A stretch of 64,000 bases of DNA, from assembly GCA_951406725.2 (NCBI GenBank), contig OX597824.1, forward strand, positions 33,418,001-33,482,000, in the 5' to 3' direction. Both the position numbers and the translations under genes were made by a program. The notes below the pieces were generated by a model. That model searched no databases, had not been told where the DNA came from, and was given only the letters and a program-made list of their open reading frames with translations. Positions 1 through 16,789 of the stretch are shown in pieces; within the stretch, counting starts at the first letter, position 1, and each line of letters opens with the position of its first letter. This DNA comes from Octopus vulgaris. Taxonomy: Eukaryota.

Positions 1-1370
<1,370 letters not shown>

Positions 1371-2031
1371 GATGCTGCTACAGTTAACTGTTGCGGTAGC
1401 TTAATATCTTAACATCTACCTTAATAATTTTTACTTTCACTTTCATTTTACACCACCGCCACCACCATCAAATGTATATATATATATATATATATATATT
1501 GATGTATGTATGTATATCTATTAGGAAAGAGAAAATAACTGCTGGTAGGACCGCCTCTAATTTACCAACACGAGCAACAATATCAATATTAATATCTATT
1601 TTAATAGGGAGCTGGCTTGTGAAGGCTAAACGGAACAAGAGCGAACGAACAGTACACAGTAACGGAGGAGTCAGTCAGTTCCCGGTAAACCGACAACGCG
1701 ACACAGTTTCGATTTGCGATTAATACTAACTACCACTGATGTCCTTGGGAAGAAACATGTACGTCACACTCCCAATATTTCTCTTCCTTTCTTAGAAAAT
1801 ACAAGGCATATGTATTATGTTTAAACATAAGAAACCGATGCTTCTCTTTCTGGCAATAAGAAGCAAATAACAGTTACGATTCTTCGCTGAATCTATTGTT
1901 GTTCAGCTGTAAATAATAAATATTTTCAGATATTTTTCTTCTTCTTCTTCTTCTTCTTCTTCTTGTCATGTTGTAATTATTGCTGTTGTTGTTGTTGTTG
2001 TTAATATTATCATTATTATTATTATTGTTGA

Positions 2032-2259
2032 GGCGGCGGCAAGCTGGTAGGAATCGTCAGTACGCCGGGTAAAATGCTTAGCGGTATCTCGTCCGTTTTT
2101 ACGTTGAGTTCAAATTCTGCCGAGGTCGACTTTGCCTTTCATGCTTTCTGGGTTTATAAATTAAGTACCATTTGCGTAATGATGTCGATCTAATCGACTG
2201 GCCCCCTCCCCCCAAAATTCCAGGCATTGTGCCTTTAGCAGAAAGGATTATTATTATTA

Positions 2260-2320
<61 letters not shown>

Positions 2321-2840
2321 ATCTTTTACTAAGGCAGCGAACTGGCAGAATCGTTAGCACGCTTGGCGAAATGCTTAGCGGTATTTTGCCCACCGCTACA
2401 TTCCGAGTTCAAATTCCACCGAGGTCGACTTTGCCGTTCATCCTTTCGGGGTCGATTAAATAAGTACCATTTGAATACTGGAGTCGATTTCATCGAGTCA
2501 TCCCCCTCCCTAAAAATTGCTTGCTGCCCATGTGACAAAATTTGAAATTATTATTATTATTATTACTACTACTACTACTACTACTACTACTATTACTACT
2601 ACTACTAGTAATGTGGTGAGCTGGTGGAACCGTTATTTCGCCGGGCAAAATGCTTAGCGGCATTTCGCTCGTCTTTACGTTCCGAACTCAAATTCCGCCG
2701 AAGTCGGCTCTACTTTTCATCCTTTCGGGGTCAATAAAATAAGTACCAGTGAAACACTGGAGGGTCAATGTAATCGACTAGTATCCTTCCCACCAAATTT
2801 CAGGTCTTGTACCTTTAGTAGAAACGATTATTATTATTAT
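2032..2840 (+). mobile_element. Three head-to-tail SINE-A copies (tails A2, A3, A2), about 2032-2250, 2332-2550, 2612-2830
   Basis: Each has the ggcggcgagctggcagaatcgttagc-type head, a B-box-like gagttcaaattcc, the core gtcgactttgcctttcatcctttcggggtcgat and an (ATT)n tail. Confidence 0.85.
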
Positions 2841-2936
2841 TAAAACCAAAGTTAGCCTTATCAGGCAGTCACAGTCATGTTCCAAGCACGACCATCTCAT
2901 CTCAAATTGAACTGTTTGTTATATATATATATATAC

Positions 2937-3285
2937 TCTTTACTCTTTTACTTGTTTCAGTCATTTGACTGCGGCCATGCTGGAGCACCGCCTTTAGTCG
3001 AGCAAATCGACCCCGGGACTTATTCTTTGTAAGCCCAGTACTTATTCTATCGGTCTCTTTTGCCGAACCGCTAAGTGACGGGGACGTAAACACACCAGTA
3101 TCGGTTGTCAAACATATACACACACACTTATATATATATATACATATATACGACAGGCTTCTTTCAGTTTCCGTCTACCAAATCCACTCACAAGGCATTG
3201 CCCAAGATGCCACGCAGTGGGACTGAACCCGCAACCATGTGGTTGGTTAGCAAGCTACTTACGACTCAGCCACTCCTGCGCCTAT
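2937..3285 (-). mobile_element. SINE-B (tRNA-derived, CORE-like), internally deleted
   Basis: Head ggcgcaggagtggctg..., cttgggcaa CORE-like motif, tail ggcggtgctccagcatggccgcagtcaaatgactgaaacaagtaaaagag. Confidence 0.85.
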
Positions 3286-3321
3286 ATATATATATACATA
3301 TGTATATATATTTATATATCA

Positions 3322-3424
<103 letters not shown>

Positions 3425-3515
3425 CATATGTATATATATATATCATTATCTATCTATCTATTTATTTATTTATTTATTTATTTATTTATGTATATATATA
3501 TATATATGTATGTAT

Positions 3516-3558
<43 letters not shown>

Positions 3559-3783
3559 TTCTTTGAAGGTGGCAAAGTATAATTTGAGGACGATTTAGCA
3601 GCAATTTCTAGCTGATTTTGCTACCACATAGAAGTTTTTTCCATAAGTTAGTCTTTTACCTACATGAAAAAAATTAAATAAATTTAAAAAAACAAAATAA
3701 AAATATATATATTTCTTTATTTTCTAATGTGTACAGCGAAAGATGTGTGCGTGAGCGTTCAGATATTTGCATAATATATCATT

Positions 3784-3814
<31 letters not shown>

Positions 3815-4309
3815 ACAAACACATACAGACACATACACACACATATCTACCCGTGCGCGCGCGCTTTACTTTCTATATATACGCTGTTATTTTTCATTAC
3901 CATAGTTTGTCGAAAGTCACCACCATCACCATTCCTCCAACGCTAATTTTTAGGAAGATCTCAAGAAATAATTACAATTTTTTTTCTTTTATTTACCGAG
4001 GAAATTCACTAAGAATCCGAGGATCCAGTCTTCTGCGCCACGACATTAATACTGAGTGAAATGTGTGTTTGTATGTGTATGTATGTATTTGTGTGTGTGA
4101 AAACATTCGTACGAATTGTGTATGTGTGTTTGCGTCTGAGTGTATGCGGGTGTGTATGTGTGTGTGTGAGAGAGAGGGAGAAGCAGACAAAGCGACAGAC
4201 AAATAGATACACACACACTCACACACACTCACACACACACACATACACACACACACACTCACTCACACACACACACACTCACACAGGTGAGCTAATAGAC
4301 AAAGCGGTT

Positions 4310-4530
4310 TGCTGTTGCTATTGTTATTTATTACCCAACTCAACACTCATCGAGCCGACCTATGATTAAAAGCTTTCCAAATGTGGCCTTCCCACTTTTT
4401 GTGAGGCATATTTTGCATTTCATTATCAATTATACCTTTACCTTATTTATGACGTCAGGGCGTGTTTTGAGGGAGGTTTGACTGCCATTTCATGTAGGTT
4501 GAGCGGCCACGTAGAAGTTCCAATGTTGGA
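4310..4530 (-). mobile_element. Ancient SINE-like family D, degenerate (other copies about 3560-3640, 7660-7830, 40960-41055, 43520-43700, 44320-44600, 45570-45780)
   Basis: Recurrent motifs gctagaaatagcagccaaatctccc and gatggtcatggctggaa...ggggctaaacaacaac; aligned by eye. Confidence 0.55.
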
Positions 4531-4585
4531 TTCTGTGTGGGTGTGTATGTCAATTTGTGTGTATGTGTGTGTATGTGTGTGTGTT

Positions 4586-4642
<57 letters not shown>

Positions 4643-4827
4643 CAAATAGACACGTTGAACTTGTATGTGTGTTTTGTTATATTGTTGTTATTACAATGAT
4701 TGACTATGTTTCCATACCCAAAATCAATATCATTATTATATTTGTCGAACTACGACAGCCTTTACATAAAAATGAGGGAAAAGGCACGTCTGCTTATTCT
4801 TTGACGAACTAGCAATTTCAGTATTGT

Positions 4828-4914
<87 letters not shown>

Positions 4915-5029
4915 ATGTGTGCTTATTTGTATGTGAGCGCGTACAAGTGTGCGAGCTGTTGAATATGTATGATGCACAAGAAATATTTCAAAGTTTTTAA
5001 CATGAAGTTTACAGAAACAAAAGATTTTT

Positions 5030-6333
5030 GTATTGGTTTCAAATTTTGGTACAAGGCTAGCATTTTCGGGAGAAGAGCTAAGTCGATTACATCAACCCCA
5101 GTACTCAACTGGTATTTATTTTATCAACCCCCCCGAAAAGAGGAAGGCAAAGTCTATCCCGGCAGAGTTTGAACTCGGAACGTAAAGGTGGATGAAATGC
5201 CATTGAGCACTTTGTTCGGCATACTTACAATTCTTATTTCTTTATTGCCCAGAAGGGGCTAAACACGGAGGGGACAAACAAGTACAGATAAAGGGATTAA
5301 GTTGATTACATCAACCCCAGTGTGTAACTGGTACTTACTTTATCGACTCCGAAAGGATGAAAGGCAAAGTCGACCTCGGCGAAATTTGAGCTCAGAACGT
5401 AGCGGCAGACGATTACCTATTTATTTATTACCCACAAGGGGCTAAACACAGAGAGGACAAACAAGGACAGACAAACGTATTAAGTCGAGTATATCGACCC
5501 CAATGCGTAACAGGTACTTATTTAATCGACCCCGAAAGGATGAAAGGCAAAGTTGACCTCGGCGGAATTTGAACTCAGAACGTAAAGACAGACGAAATAC
5601 TGCTAAGCATTTCGCCCGGCGAGCAAACGTTTCTGCCAGCTCGCCGCCTTAATATATATTTCTTTACTACCCACAAAGGGCTAAACATAGAGGGGACAAA
5701 CAAGAACAGACAAAAGGATTAAGTCGATTACATCGACCCAGTGCGAAACTGGTACTTTATTTATCGACCCCGAGAGGATGAAAGGCAAAGTCGACCTCGG
5801 CGGAATTTGAACTCAGAACGTAACGACAGACGAAATACCCCTAAGCATTTCACCAGGCGTGCTAACGATTCTGCCAGCTCGCCGCCTTAAACAAAAGGCC
5901 TCTTATATTGGCTTCAAATTTTTGCACAAGGCCAGCAACTTCGAGGGAGGAGGTAAGTCGATCACATCGTTCTCAGTATTCTACTGGTACTTATTTTATC
6001 GACTCCGAAAGGATGAAAGGCAAAAATCGACCTTCGGCAGAATTTGAACTCAGAACGTAAATACAGGCGAAATGCTGCTTAGCATTTTGATTGGCGTACT
6101 AGCGATTCTGCCAGCGCGCCGTCTTAAACAAAAGCCAAAAGGCCAGCAACTTCAAGAAGAGGGTATATCGATTACATTGTCCCCAGTATTCGACTGGTAC
6201 TTATTTCATCGACACCGAAAGGAAGAAAGACGATGACGACCTCGACGGTATTTGAACTCAGAACGTGAAGACGGACGAAATGCGGCTTAGTATTTCGCCA
6301 GACGTATTAACGATTCTGCTAGTTCGCTGCCTT
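5030..6333 (-). mobile_element. Cluster of about six SINE-A units (A3 and A1 tails), including a tandem A1 dimer at 5233-5650
   Basis: Repeated cgaaaggatgaaaggcaaagtcgacctcggcggaatttgaactcagaacgt core; heads at about 5650, 5888, 6125, 6333. Confidence 0.9.
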
Positions 6334-6371
6334 AAACAAAAGCTTATATTCCAAGACAAAACAACCAATGT

Positions 6372-6778
6372 AACTCTTTTACTTTTTTACTTGTTTCAGT
6401 CTTTTGACTGCGGCCATGCTGGAGCACCGCCTTTAGTCGAGCAAATCGACCCCAGGACTTATTCTTTGGAAGCCTAGTACCTATTCTATCGGTCACTTTT
6501 GCTGAACCGCTAAGTTACGGGGACGTAAACACGCCAGCATCAGTTGTCAAGCGATGTTGGGGCGGGGGACAAACACAGACACACAAACATATACACACAC
6601 ATACATATACATATACATATATACGACGGGGTTCCTTCAGTTTCCGTCTACCAAATCCACTCACAAGGCTTTGGTCGGCCCGGGGCTATAATAGAAGACA
6701 CTTGCCCAAGGTGCCACGCAGTAGGACTGAATCCGGAACCATGTGGTTGGTAAACAAACTACTTACCACACAGCCACG
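6372..6778 (-). mobile_element. SINE-B, near full length
   Basis: Matches 39067-39476 in reverse complement. Confidence 0.9.
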
Positions 6779-6896
6779 GTCATACTTTATGATAAATATG
6801 TCCTAGGATAACCACAGCCTGAGACACGTGAAGTGGAATGGTTTCGGTGGTGCGTGGGGTGACAAACTTTGTTGCTTAGTTTATCACCACCACCTG

Positions 6897-7035
6897 CAGT
6901 GACGTGGCTAGAGTGTGTTTACTGCCCGGGGGCAGCCCCGGCATTTTCCATCATGTCCATCTCCATTACCAGGGCATCCAAAACTATACAGGCTTATATA
7001 GCTGACCGCAAAAGTGCCGCGTCTGTAAAAGCGCC
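6897..7035 (+). mobile_element. One end of a hAT-like MITE (related copy about 11318-11440)
   Basis: cagtgacgtggctagagtgtg...caaaagtgccgc is shared with gcgtagctagagtgtg...caaaagtgccgc; the second TIR and a TSD were not found. Confidence 0.4.
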
Positions 7036-7334
7036 TGTGCCACGCTTTTACATCCCTCCACCACCACCACCACTACTACGCAACTAACCACCTGGTCCTT
7101 GGGTGCCTTTAGCGGAACCTAATCCATAGCAAGCACTCAGGCGAGACACGGGCCTCAAAATAAATTTCCCCTCTTCTTCATCCCAGTCCCAGTTCAGGAT
7201 GGCAGGCGTTCCTCTTTCTTCCTTCGTCTAAAATGAATAACTACATGAAACGGGGGTTGAAATGAAACCACAACACCTTAGAGAAGTGACTTAATAGGAA
7301 TTGAACTCTTACCCTACACTGTGGAGATTCTGAT

Positions 7335-8480
7335 ATTGATTTCAATTTTTACCACAAGGCCAGCAATTTCGGGGCTGGAGGTAAGTCGATTACATTGATC
7401 CCAGTGCTCAACTGGTACTTATTTTATTGACCTCGAAAGGGAATGAAAAGTAAAGTCGAGCCTTGTGTTATTTGAACTCAGGTCGTAAAGACGGTCGATG
7501 CTGATAAACATTTCACCCGGCGTGCTAACGATTCGGCCAGCTTGCTGTCTTGTGCGGAGATTCTAATATTAGAACAATGTTTCTACCTGACTTTACCTAC
7601 ACACAGGTAAACGAGTACATGTCCTTTGTTACAAATCCCTTTTGGAACTGAGAGTAGCCGCTACATGCTCACCAGAACAACACGAAACAGCAGTCATATA
7701 TCCCTCAAATCATATAGCTTGCCTCCATATAAAAACAAGACACATTAGATACACTAGGTTTAGATAAAAATTAAAAAGACTTGGATCATTCTTCTGTCTA
7801 TTTGACTGAGACTAATCTGGGACTAAATAACTGTTTCTAATTTAGGCACAAGGCCGGCAATTTTTAGGTGGCGGGGATGGGGTTTAGTCAATTACATCGA
7901 CTCCAGGACTTGTATTTATTTTATCGCCTTCGTAATGAATAAAAGCAAAGTCGAGCTCGGTGAAACTTGAACCCGTGAACGTAATCACAATAGCTCCGGC
8001 AGACGTAGTAGTATTAGATATTGGTTAAGACCAGCGGCAGCATAAAGTAATATTGATTTCAGATTTTGGCACAAGGCCAGTAATATCGGAGGAGGGGATG
8101 AGTCGATTACAGCGACCTCAGTGCTCAACTGGTATCAACCCCGAAAGGAAGAAAGGCAAAGTCGACTTCGGCGGAATTTGAACTCGGAACGTAAAGATGG
8201 ACGAAGCATAAAAATAATATTATTTTTGAACACACAAACAAGATAAATACCTATTTCTTTATAACCCACAAGGGGCTAAACATAGAGGGGACAAACAAGG
8301 ACAGACATAGGTATTAAGTCGATTATATCGAACCCCAGTGCGTAACTGATACTTATTTAATCGACCCCGAAAGGACGAAAGGCAAAGTCGACCTCGGCGG
8401 AATTTGAACTCGGAACGTAAAGATGGACGAAGCATAAAATATGATATTATTTATGAACACACAAATAAGATAGATACCAG
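7335..8480 (-). mobile_element. SINE-A copies (7335-7550, 7835-7985, 8050-8205, 8249-8430) with a local duplication
   Basis: SINE-A core and tails; duplicated aaagatggacgaagcataaaat...gaacacacaaa.aagata.atacc. Confidence 0.8.
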
Positions 8481-8859
8481 TGATATGCTAGGATATGATG
8501 GTGTCAGCTTTGCTTGTACTGCTGTTGCAAAACATCCGGCTTGAAGCTGTCGAAAGAAATCAATATCCGAAAATCAAATAATGCGCAAAAACAAAACGGC
8601 TTGAAATGTATGCAAAGAGTATACTTAAGTACAATTCTTAGTGGCGGTTAAGTGTTGTTTCAGTTTTGTTGTCGAATGAATAGAGTTTGCTACTGTTGTT
8701 GATGGTGGTGGTGGTGGTGGTGGTGGTGGTGTTTAACCACCGGTCATCCACGATGGAACCGACATGTGATCGAAGATGTTCCAACATTGATCAACTAGTT
8801 TTGTTGTTGTTGTTGCTGTTGCTGTTGTTGTTGTTGTTGTTGTTGTTGTTTTTCCATAC

Positions 8860-9034
8860 AAGCATGGTTGTGCGGTTAAGAATCTCGCTTTGGAAACCGT
8901 GTGGTTTCGGGCTCAGTCCCAGTCCGCAGTACCTTGGGCTTGTGTCTTCAACCATAGCCTCTGCACGACAAAAACCTTGTGAGAGAATTCCATATCCATA
9001 CATACATACATACATACATACATACATACATACA

Positions 9035-9065
<31 letters not shown>

Positions 9066-9385
9066 GTATGTAGGTATGTATTTTTGTGTGTGTATATATA
9101 TATATATATGACGACGACGACGATGATGATGATGATATGTGTGTGTATGTGTGATATATACGACGGGTTTCAGTATGTGTGTATTGGGTTTGTCCCCACC
9201 ACCACTACCACCAATTGACAACTGTTTGTGTTTAAGTGCCCGTAGCATAGCGGTTCGATAAAAAAAACTGATAGAATAAATAGCAAACTTCAAAAATAAA
9301 TATGGGGTCATTTGTTCGACTAAAACCCTTCGAGGCGATGTCCCAGCGTGGCCCTAGTCCAATGATTGAACCAAGTGAAAGAAAA
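8860..9385 (+). mobile_element. SINE-B, degenerate
   Basis: ccttgggcttgtgtcttc, tttgtccccacc, gcggttcg, aggcgatgtcccagcgtggcc...aatgattgaa. Confidence 0.7.
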
Positions 9386-9857
9386 AGATAGCCCAGGAAG
9401 ATTACATTTACTCGATGAATTCTTAAACGTTTTAAACCTTAGAGAGCGAGTTTGTAATTTGATGGAGATTTGGCTGCTATTTCTATCGAGTGAACACTTA
9501 AAAACCAGCGTGGCTGGCTTCTTCGTAATTGCAGTTGAACTGAGTGATGTAACATCAAGTAGTGGTGTATGTGAGACAGACCGGCATCCGTTTGCCGGGC
9601 TGATCCAGGATCGGGGCAAATAATTAACCCAACAAAATGATTCCTTTGGAAAGCCACAAAGACTAAATTAGGATAATAAAAAGTTGATTGACCTCAAGCA
9701 GAATTTGAATGAATCATGTAAAGAGTTGGAATGAATACCGCAAAGCTTTTTTTTGTCCGAGACTTTACAGACCCCGCCATACGCCCACCCACCACCGCTC
9801 TGTATTTAACCAAAAAGTTAATGAATGAATGAAAACGAGACGATAAATACAGCAAAA

Positions 9858-9927
9858 TATGTTTGTAGAGTAGTAAGTATCTCCGCTTGTAAAGCGAGAG
9901 ACCGGGGTTCGTTCCCCAACCGCTGAG
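9858..9927 (+). pseudogene. tRNA-Asp-derived pseudogene
   Basis: gtagagtagtaagtatctccgcttgtaaagcgagagaccggggttcgttcccc aligns with the eukaryotic tRNA-Asp(GTC) as I recall it; acceptor stem broken, anticodon reads GTA, followed by a T-run. Confidence 0.65.
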
Positions 9928-10589
9928 GTTTCTTTTTTTTTTTTTTTACAGAGGTGGTGTTCCAGCGTGACTGTAGTTTCTGTCTGAAACCGATAATTGA
10001 ATAATAGTATAATATGTGGTTAGTTAATTGGATATATTTTGCACTACTAATATTTATAGTTGCCAATATCTGAAAGATATCGATTCATTTATATCATTAT
10101 GCTAGATGAGAACATGTTCATTCTTTTTTTTCCTTTACGATTTTCACGTAACCTATAGTTTAGATTTTCGTGTAACAGATAACTCACCTGGCATAGATGT
10201 AATTAACTTAGTTAAAGAAGAAATTTTGGGAAAGAAAAAGTTAGCAAAAATATAAAATAAGATTATTTTGCATAGAAGATCGATATTAAATTTGGATATT
10301 CTGACTTAAATATTCTCTTAAGAAGTGAGATGTTAGAGTGGGCACGCAAAATTTTCGATCAATTAAGCAAACAGACAATAAAAAAACAAAGGCAGCTAAT
10401 ATTTTGGTAGTTGAATAATCTGGATGAGGAATGATGGTGGGTGGTGGTTGTGGTCTTATTAAACGAATGATGGGTGTTGCTTAAATGTTTGTTGTAAAAT
10501 AGAGTTGAATGAGTGTTGAGAAAGAAGAAAGAAATAGAATATGGTATGAGTAATAACATTATGGTTTGTGAAGAGAACAATAAATAAAT

Positions 10590-10817
10590 ATTTTATCTTG
10601 TATCTTTTACTTGTACCAGTCATTGTACTGTGGTCATGCTGGAGCACCGTCTTGAAGAATTTTAGTCGAATGAATCGATCCTAGTATTTTATTTTTTTAT
10701 TTTTTTTAAGTATGATACTTATTTTATCGGTGTCTTTTGCCGAAACGCTAAGTTACGGAGACGTAAACACGCCAACATCGGTTGTCAGGCGGTGGTGGGG
10801 ACAAACACAGACACACC

Positions 10818-10862
<45 letters not shown>

Positions 10863-11315
10863 ACACACACTCAGCCAACAGGATGACATTGTGTGGTAAG
10901 AACCTTGCTCCTCACCCATGTGGATCCGGGTTCAGTTCCTCTACGTGACACCTTGAGCAAGTGTCTTCCTCTATAGCCTTGGGCCAACCAAAGGCTTGTT
11001 AGTAAATTTGGTGGACGGAAACTGAAAGAAGCACGTCACATATGTGTGTGTGTGTGTGTGTGTATGTGTGTGTGTATGTGTGTGTGTGTGTGCACGTGCA
11101 TGTATCTTTGTGTTTGTGTTTGGCTCCTACCACTGTCTGACAACCGGTGTTGGTGTGTTTACGACCCCGTAATGCAGCGGTTCGGCAAAAGAGTCCGATA
11201 GAATAAGTACCAAGCTAGAAAAAAATGCAATAATAAGTACAAGAGTCGATTCTTTGGACTAAAAATTCTTCAAGATGGTGCCACAGCATGGATGCAGTCT
11301 TATAACTGAAACAAA
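10590..11315. mobile_element. Two SINE-B copies back to back: 3' half on minus (10590-10830) and a degenerate full copy on plus (10890-11315)
   Basis: SINE-B tail and body motifs in both orientations. Confidence 0.75.
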
Positions 11316-11969
11316 CACTAGCGTAGCTAGAGTGTGTGCCGCCGAGGGCGGCCCTTCCGTTTGCCGCTCTCGGACCCCACAAAAAACACATATTGCTTAC
11401 AGAAGACCCAAAAGTGCCGCCCAAATAAAAGTTCCCCCGTAGAAACCAGAAAAAAATCAATAAAGGAGAAAAGAAAAATAATCTACTCTGGCTGGGTTTG
11501 AACCCAAACCGCCACAATTGATGGCTGTTAGTCGGTTAGTCCGGCGTTTTACGGCTTCGATTGAGTAGTAAATAAAAGAAACACTGCCGTTGTGTATTGT
11601 AATAGAAATATTCAGATCGATACCAGTATAATGCCTTTCCTTTTTTTTTTTTAAACCTGATGAAAGACGTAAAAGGGTAATAGTTGTAGAGGAGACATTA
11701 GTTGCACAGCTACTAATGCGGATGGTATTGATGGGCATAATAATGTTAACGATTGATGGGGAGAGAGAGAGAGAGAGTCAGAGAGATAGAGAGGGGGGAA
11801 TGGAGAGAGAGAGAGAAGGGAGAGTGAGTGAGTGAATGAGATAGAGAGAGAGAGGAATTTGTTGGTTGAAAACTAAGAATAAATAAAGCGAGGATTGGCT
11901 CACTAAATTTATGACATACGATAGAATAGAGCCTGTTTTAACAAGTGAACTGCATCATAGCATTAAGTA

Positions 11970-13350
<1,381 letters not shown>

Positions 13351-13889
13351 AGAGTAAAAATCTGTGCTAACGTCACGTGTAGAAATAGTGAGCTAAAAGA
13401 CAACTTAAGCATACTAACAACAGTAAAGTCTCACAGCTGAAAACTATTCATTCTCAGCCATACGCACTCACACTCACAAACCTACACTCATACCCACACT
13501 CACTCACACACACACACACACACTCTCAATCGATATGACACATTAGTTACCAACAGCAGTACTGGTACTTCTATTTTACAAGTTGCACTTAGAAAAAAAA
13601 TATTGGAGAAACTCAATGTAAAAAAAAAAAAACCCAACTAATTTTGACAAAATAATTTTATTAGTAATGATTAAAAATACAAATTAAATTGGTAACAACA
13701 AAACTGCAGCAGCATAATAGGAGTAGCAGCAGCAGCAGCAGCAACAGTAGTATAACTAGTAGTAATAGTAGTTGTATTAGTAATAGTTTTCAGAGTATTA
13801 TTATTATTATTAGTAGTAGTAGTCAGTGTGGTTTTATTTGTTTTTCTTTTATACATATATCGAAATGTTTGTGTCTGAGTGTGTGCATG

Positions 13890-13909
13890 TAAGTATATAT
13901 AATATATAT

Positions 13910-13968
<59 letters not shown>

Positions 13969-14068
13969 GTGTATATATATATAATATATATATATATACA
14001 TATACACACACGCACATATAAATGCATATACATATATATATATGTATGGAATGACGTATATGTGTGTG

Positions 14069-14112
<44 letters not shown>

Positions 14113-14142
14113 CATACATACATATATATATATGTATGTATG

Positions 14143-14217
<75 letters not shown>

Positions 14218-14280
14218 AACATACATACATATATATATATAAGAACACACGCACACACACGCACACATACATATGCGCGT
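13890..14280. repeat. (TA)n/(TG)n compound microsatellite
   Basis: Seen directly. Confidence 0.95.
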
Positions 14281-14439
14281 GCGCGTGTTTGAATGTGTAG
14301 TTTTTACATATTTTACATATGTATTTTATTTAATTTTCCGCTTCAGTGTTGGTTTTAAGGTGTTTTTCTCTTTTTTTATTCATATGCTTCAAAATATGTT
14401 TGCTGAGACCAACGTCACTGGAAACGACGTAAGTTGAGG

Positions 14440-14617
14440 GGTGGCTGTGATGGTAAGAAGTTTACTTTCCAATTACATCTTTCCGGTTTCAGTCCCATTG
14501 CGTGGCACATTGGGCAAGTGTCTTTCTTATACAATAGCCTCGGGCCAAGCAAAACTTTGCGAGTGGATTTGGTAGGCGGAATCTGAAAGAAGCCCGTCGT
14601 ATATATATGTATGAATA

Positions 14618-14659
<42 letters not shown>

Positions 14660-14692
14660 AATGTATATATTCACACACACACACACACACAC

Positions 14693-14730
<38 letters not shown>

Positions 14731-14745
14731 TACATATATATATGT

Positions 14746-14798
<53 letters not shown>

Positions 14799-14799
14799 T

Positions 14800-14881
<82 letters not shown>

Positions 14882-15100
14882 TATGTGTATATGTGTCTTT
14901 GTGTCTGTTTGTCCCCCACATCTGCTTGACAATCGGCGTCGGTGTGTTTAAGGTCACCGTAACTTAGCGGTTCGGCAAAAGAACCCGATGGCTTAAAAAA
15001 AATAATAAAAAGCAGAGGGGTCGATTCCTACAACTAAAATTCTTCAAAGCGGCACTCCAGCATGGTCGCAGTCCAATGACTGAAACGAGTAAAAGATAAA
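14440..15100 (+). mobile_element. SINE-B with an expanded internal microsatellite
   Basis: gtggctgtgatggtaagaag head, cattgggcaagtgtc, gaaagaagcccgtcg, tail cagcatggtcgcagtccaatgactgaaac. Confidence 0.85.
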
Positions 15101-15204
15101 CATACGAGATAGTGGCTACCCGCTTGCCTGCCTTGATATTGTGATAGGAATACTGGAGTCCGCATGACCACCAAGTTGAGAGATAAGGTTCTTTTCCGTA
15201 ACAC

Positions 15205-15748
<544 letters not shown>

Positions 15749-16002
15749 TATATAAGATGTGGACATCCTACTTTTTTTAACATTGTTGACATTTCAATAG
15801 TTGAAAGTAATTGTATGACATCTTGTCTTTTCTTTTTTCTGTATTTCTTTTCCATGCCGATACAAGTGGAAACGCGTGCGCGCACACAGTCACATACACA
15901 CTCGCACACAAATGCATGAGACACACGCACGCACACAGACACACAAACAAACACGTACATATTTATGCATACATATATTTGATATATGTGTGTGTATGTG
16001 TG

Positions 16003-16065
<63 letters not shown>

Positions 16066-16067
<2 letters not shown>

Positions 16068-16636
16068 AGGCCGCAACGGTCCAGTGGTTAGGGCAGCGGA
16101 CTCGCGGTTTCGATTCCTAGACCGGGCGTTGTGAGTGTTTATTGAGCGAAAACACCTAAAACTCCACGAGGATATGGCAGGGGGTGGTATCGAACCCTGC
16201 TGTACCCTTTCACCACAACTTTCTCTCACTATTTCTTCCTGTTTCTTTTGTATCTCCCCGAGAACTACGTTAAGGGTACACGTGTCTGTGGAGTGAAAGG
16301 CGGCGAGCTGGCAGAAACGTTAGCGCGCCAGACGAAATGCTGAGCGGTATTTCGTCTGCCGCTACGTTCTGAGTTCAAATTCCGCCGAGGTCGACTTTGC
16401 CTTTCATCCTTTCGGGGTCGATGAATTAAGTACCAGTTACGCACTGGGGTCGATGTAATCGACTTAATACCTATGTCTGTCCTTGTTTGTCTCCTCTATG
16501 TTTAGCCCCTTGTGGGTAAAAAAGAAATAGGTACACGTGTCTGTGGAGTGCTCAGGTCCATGTATGTTAATTTAATGAGCAGGCTGTTCCGTTGATCGGA
16601 TCAGCTGGAAACCCCATCGTCGTCACCGACGGATTG

Positions 16637-16640
<4 letters not shown>
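16066..16640 (+). mobile_element. SINE-C (tRNA-derived) interrupted by SINE-A1
   Basis: Colinear with 61183-61562 once the insert is removed. Confidence 0.85.
16296..16533 (+). mobile_element. Full-length SINE-A1 with a 21-bp TSD
   Basis: ggtacacgtgtctgtggagtg at 16275-16295 and 16530-16550. Confidence 0.95.
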
Positions 16641-16706
<66 letters not shown>

Positions 16707-16747
16707 GCATCTATACATATACTACACATACATATGTATACTCACAG

Positions 16748-16778
<31 letters not shown>

Positions 16779-16789
16779 CGCACAAACAA

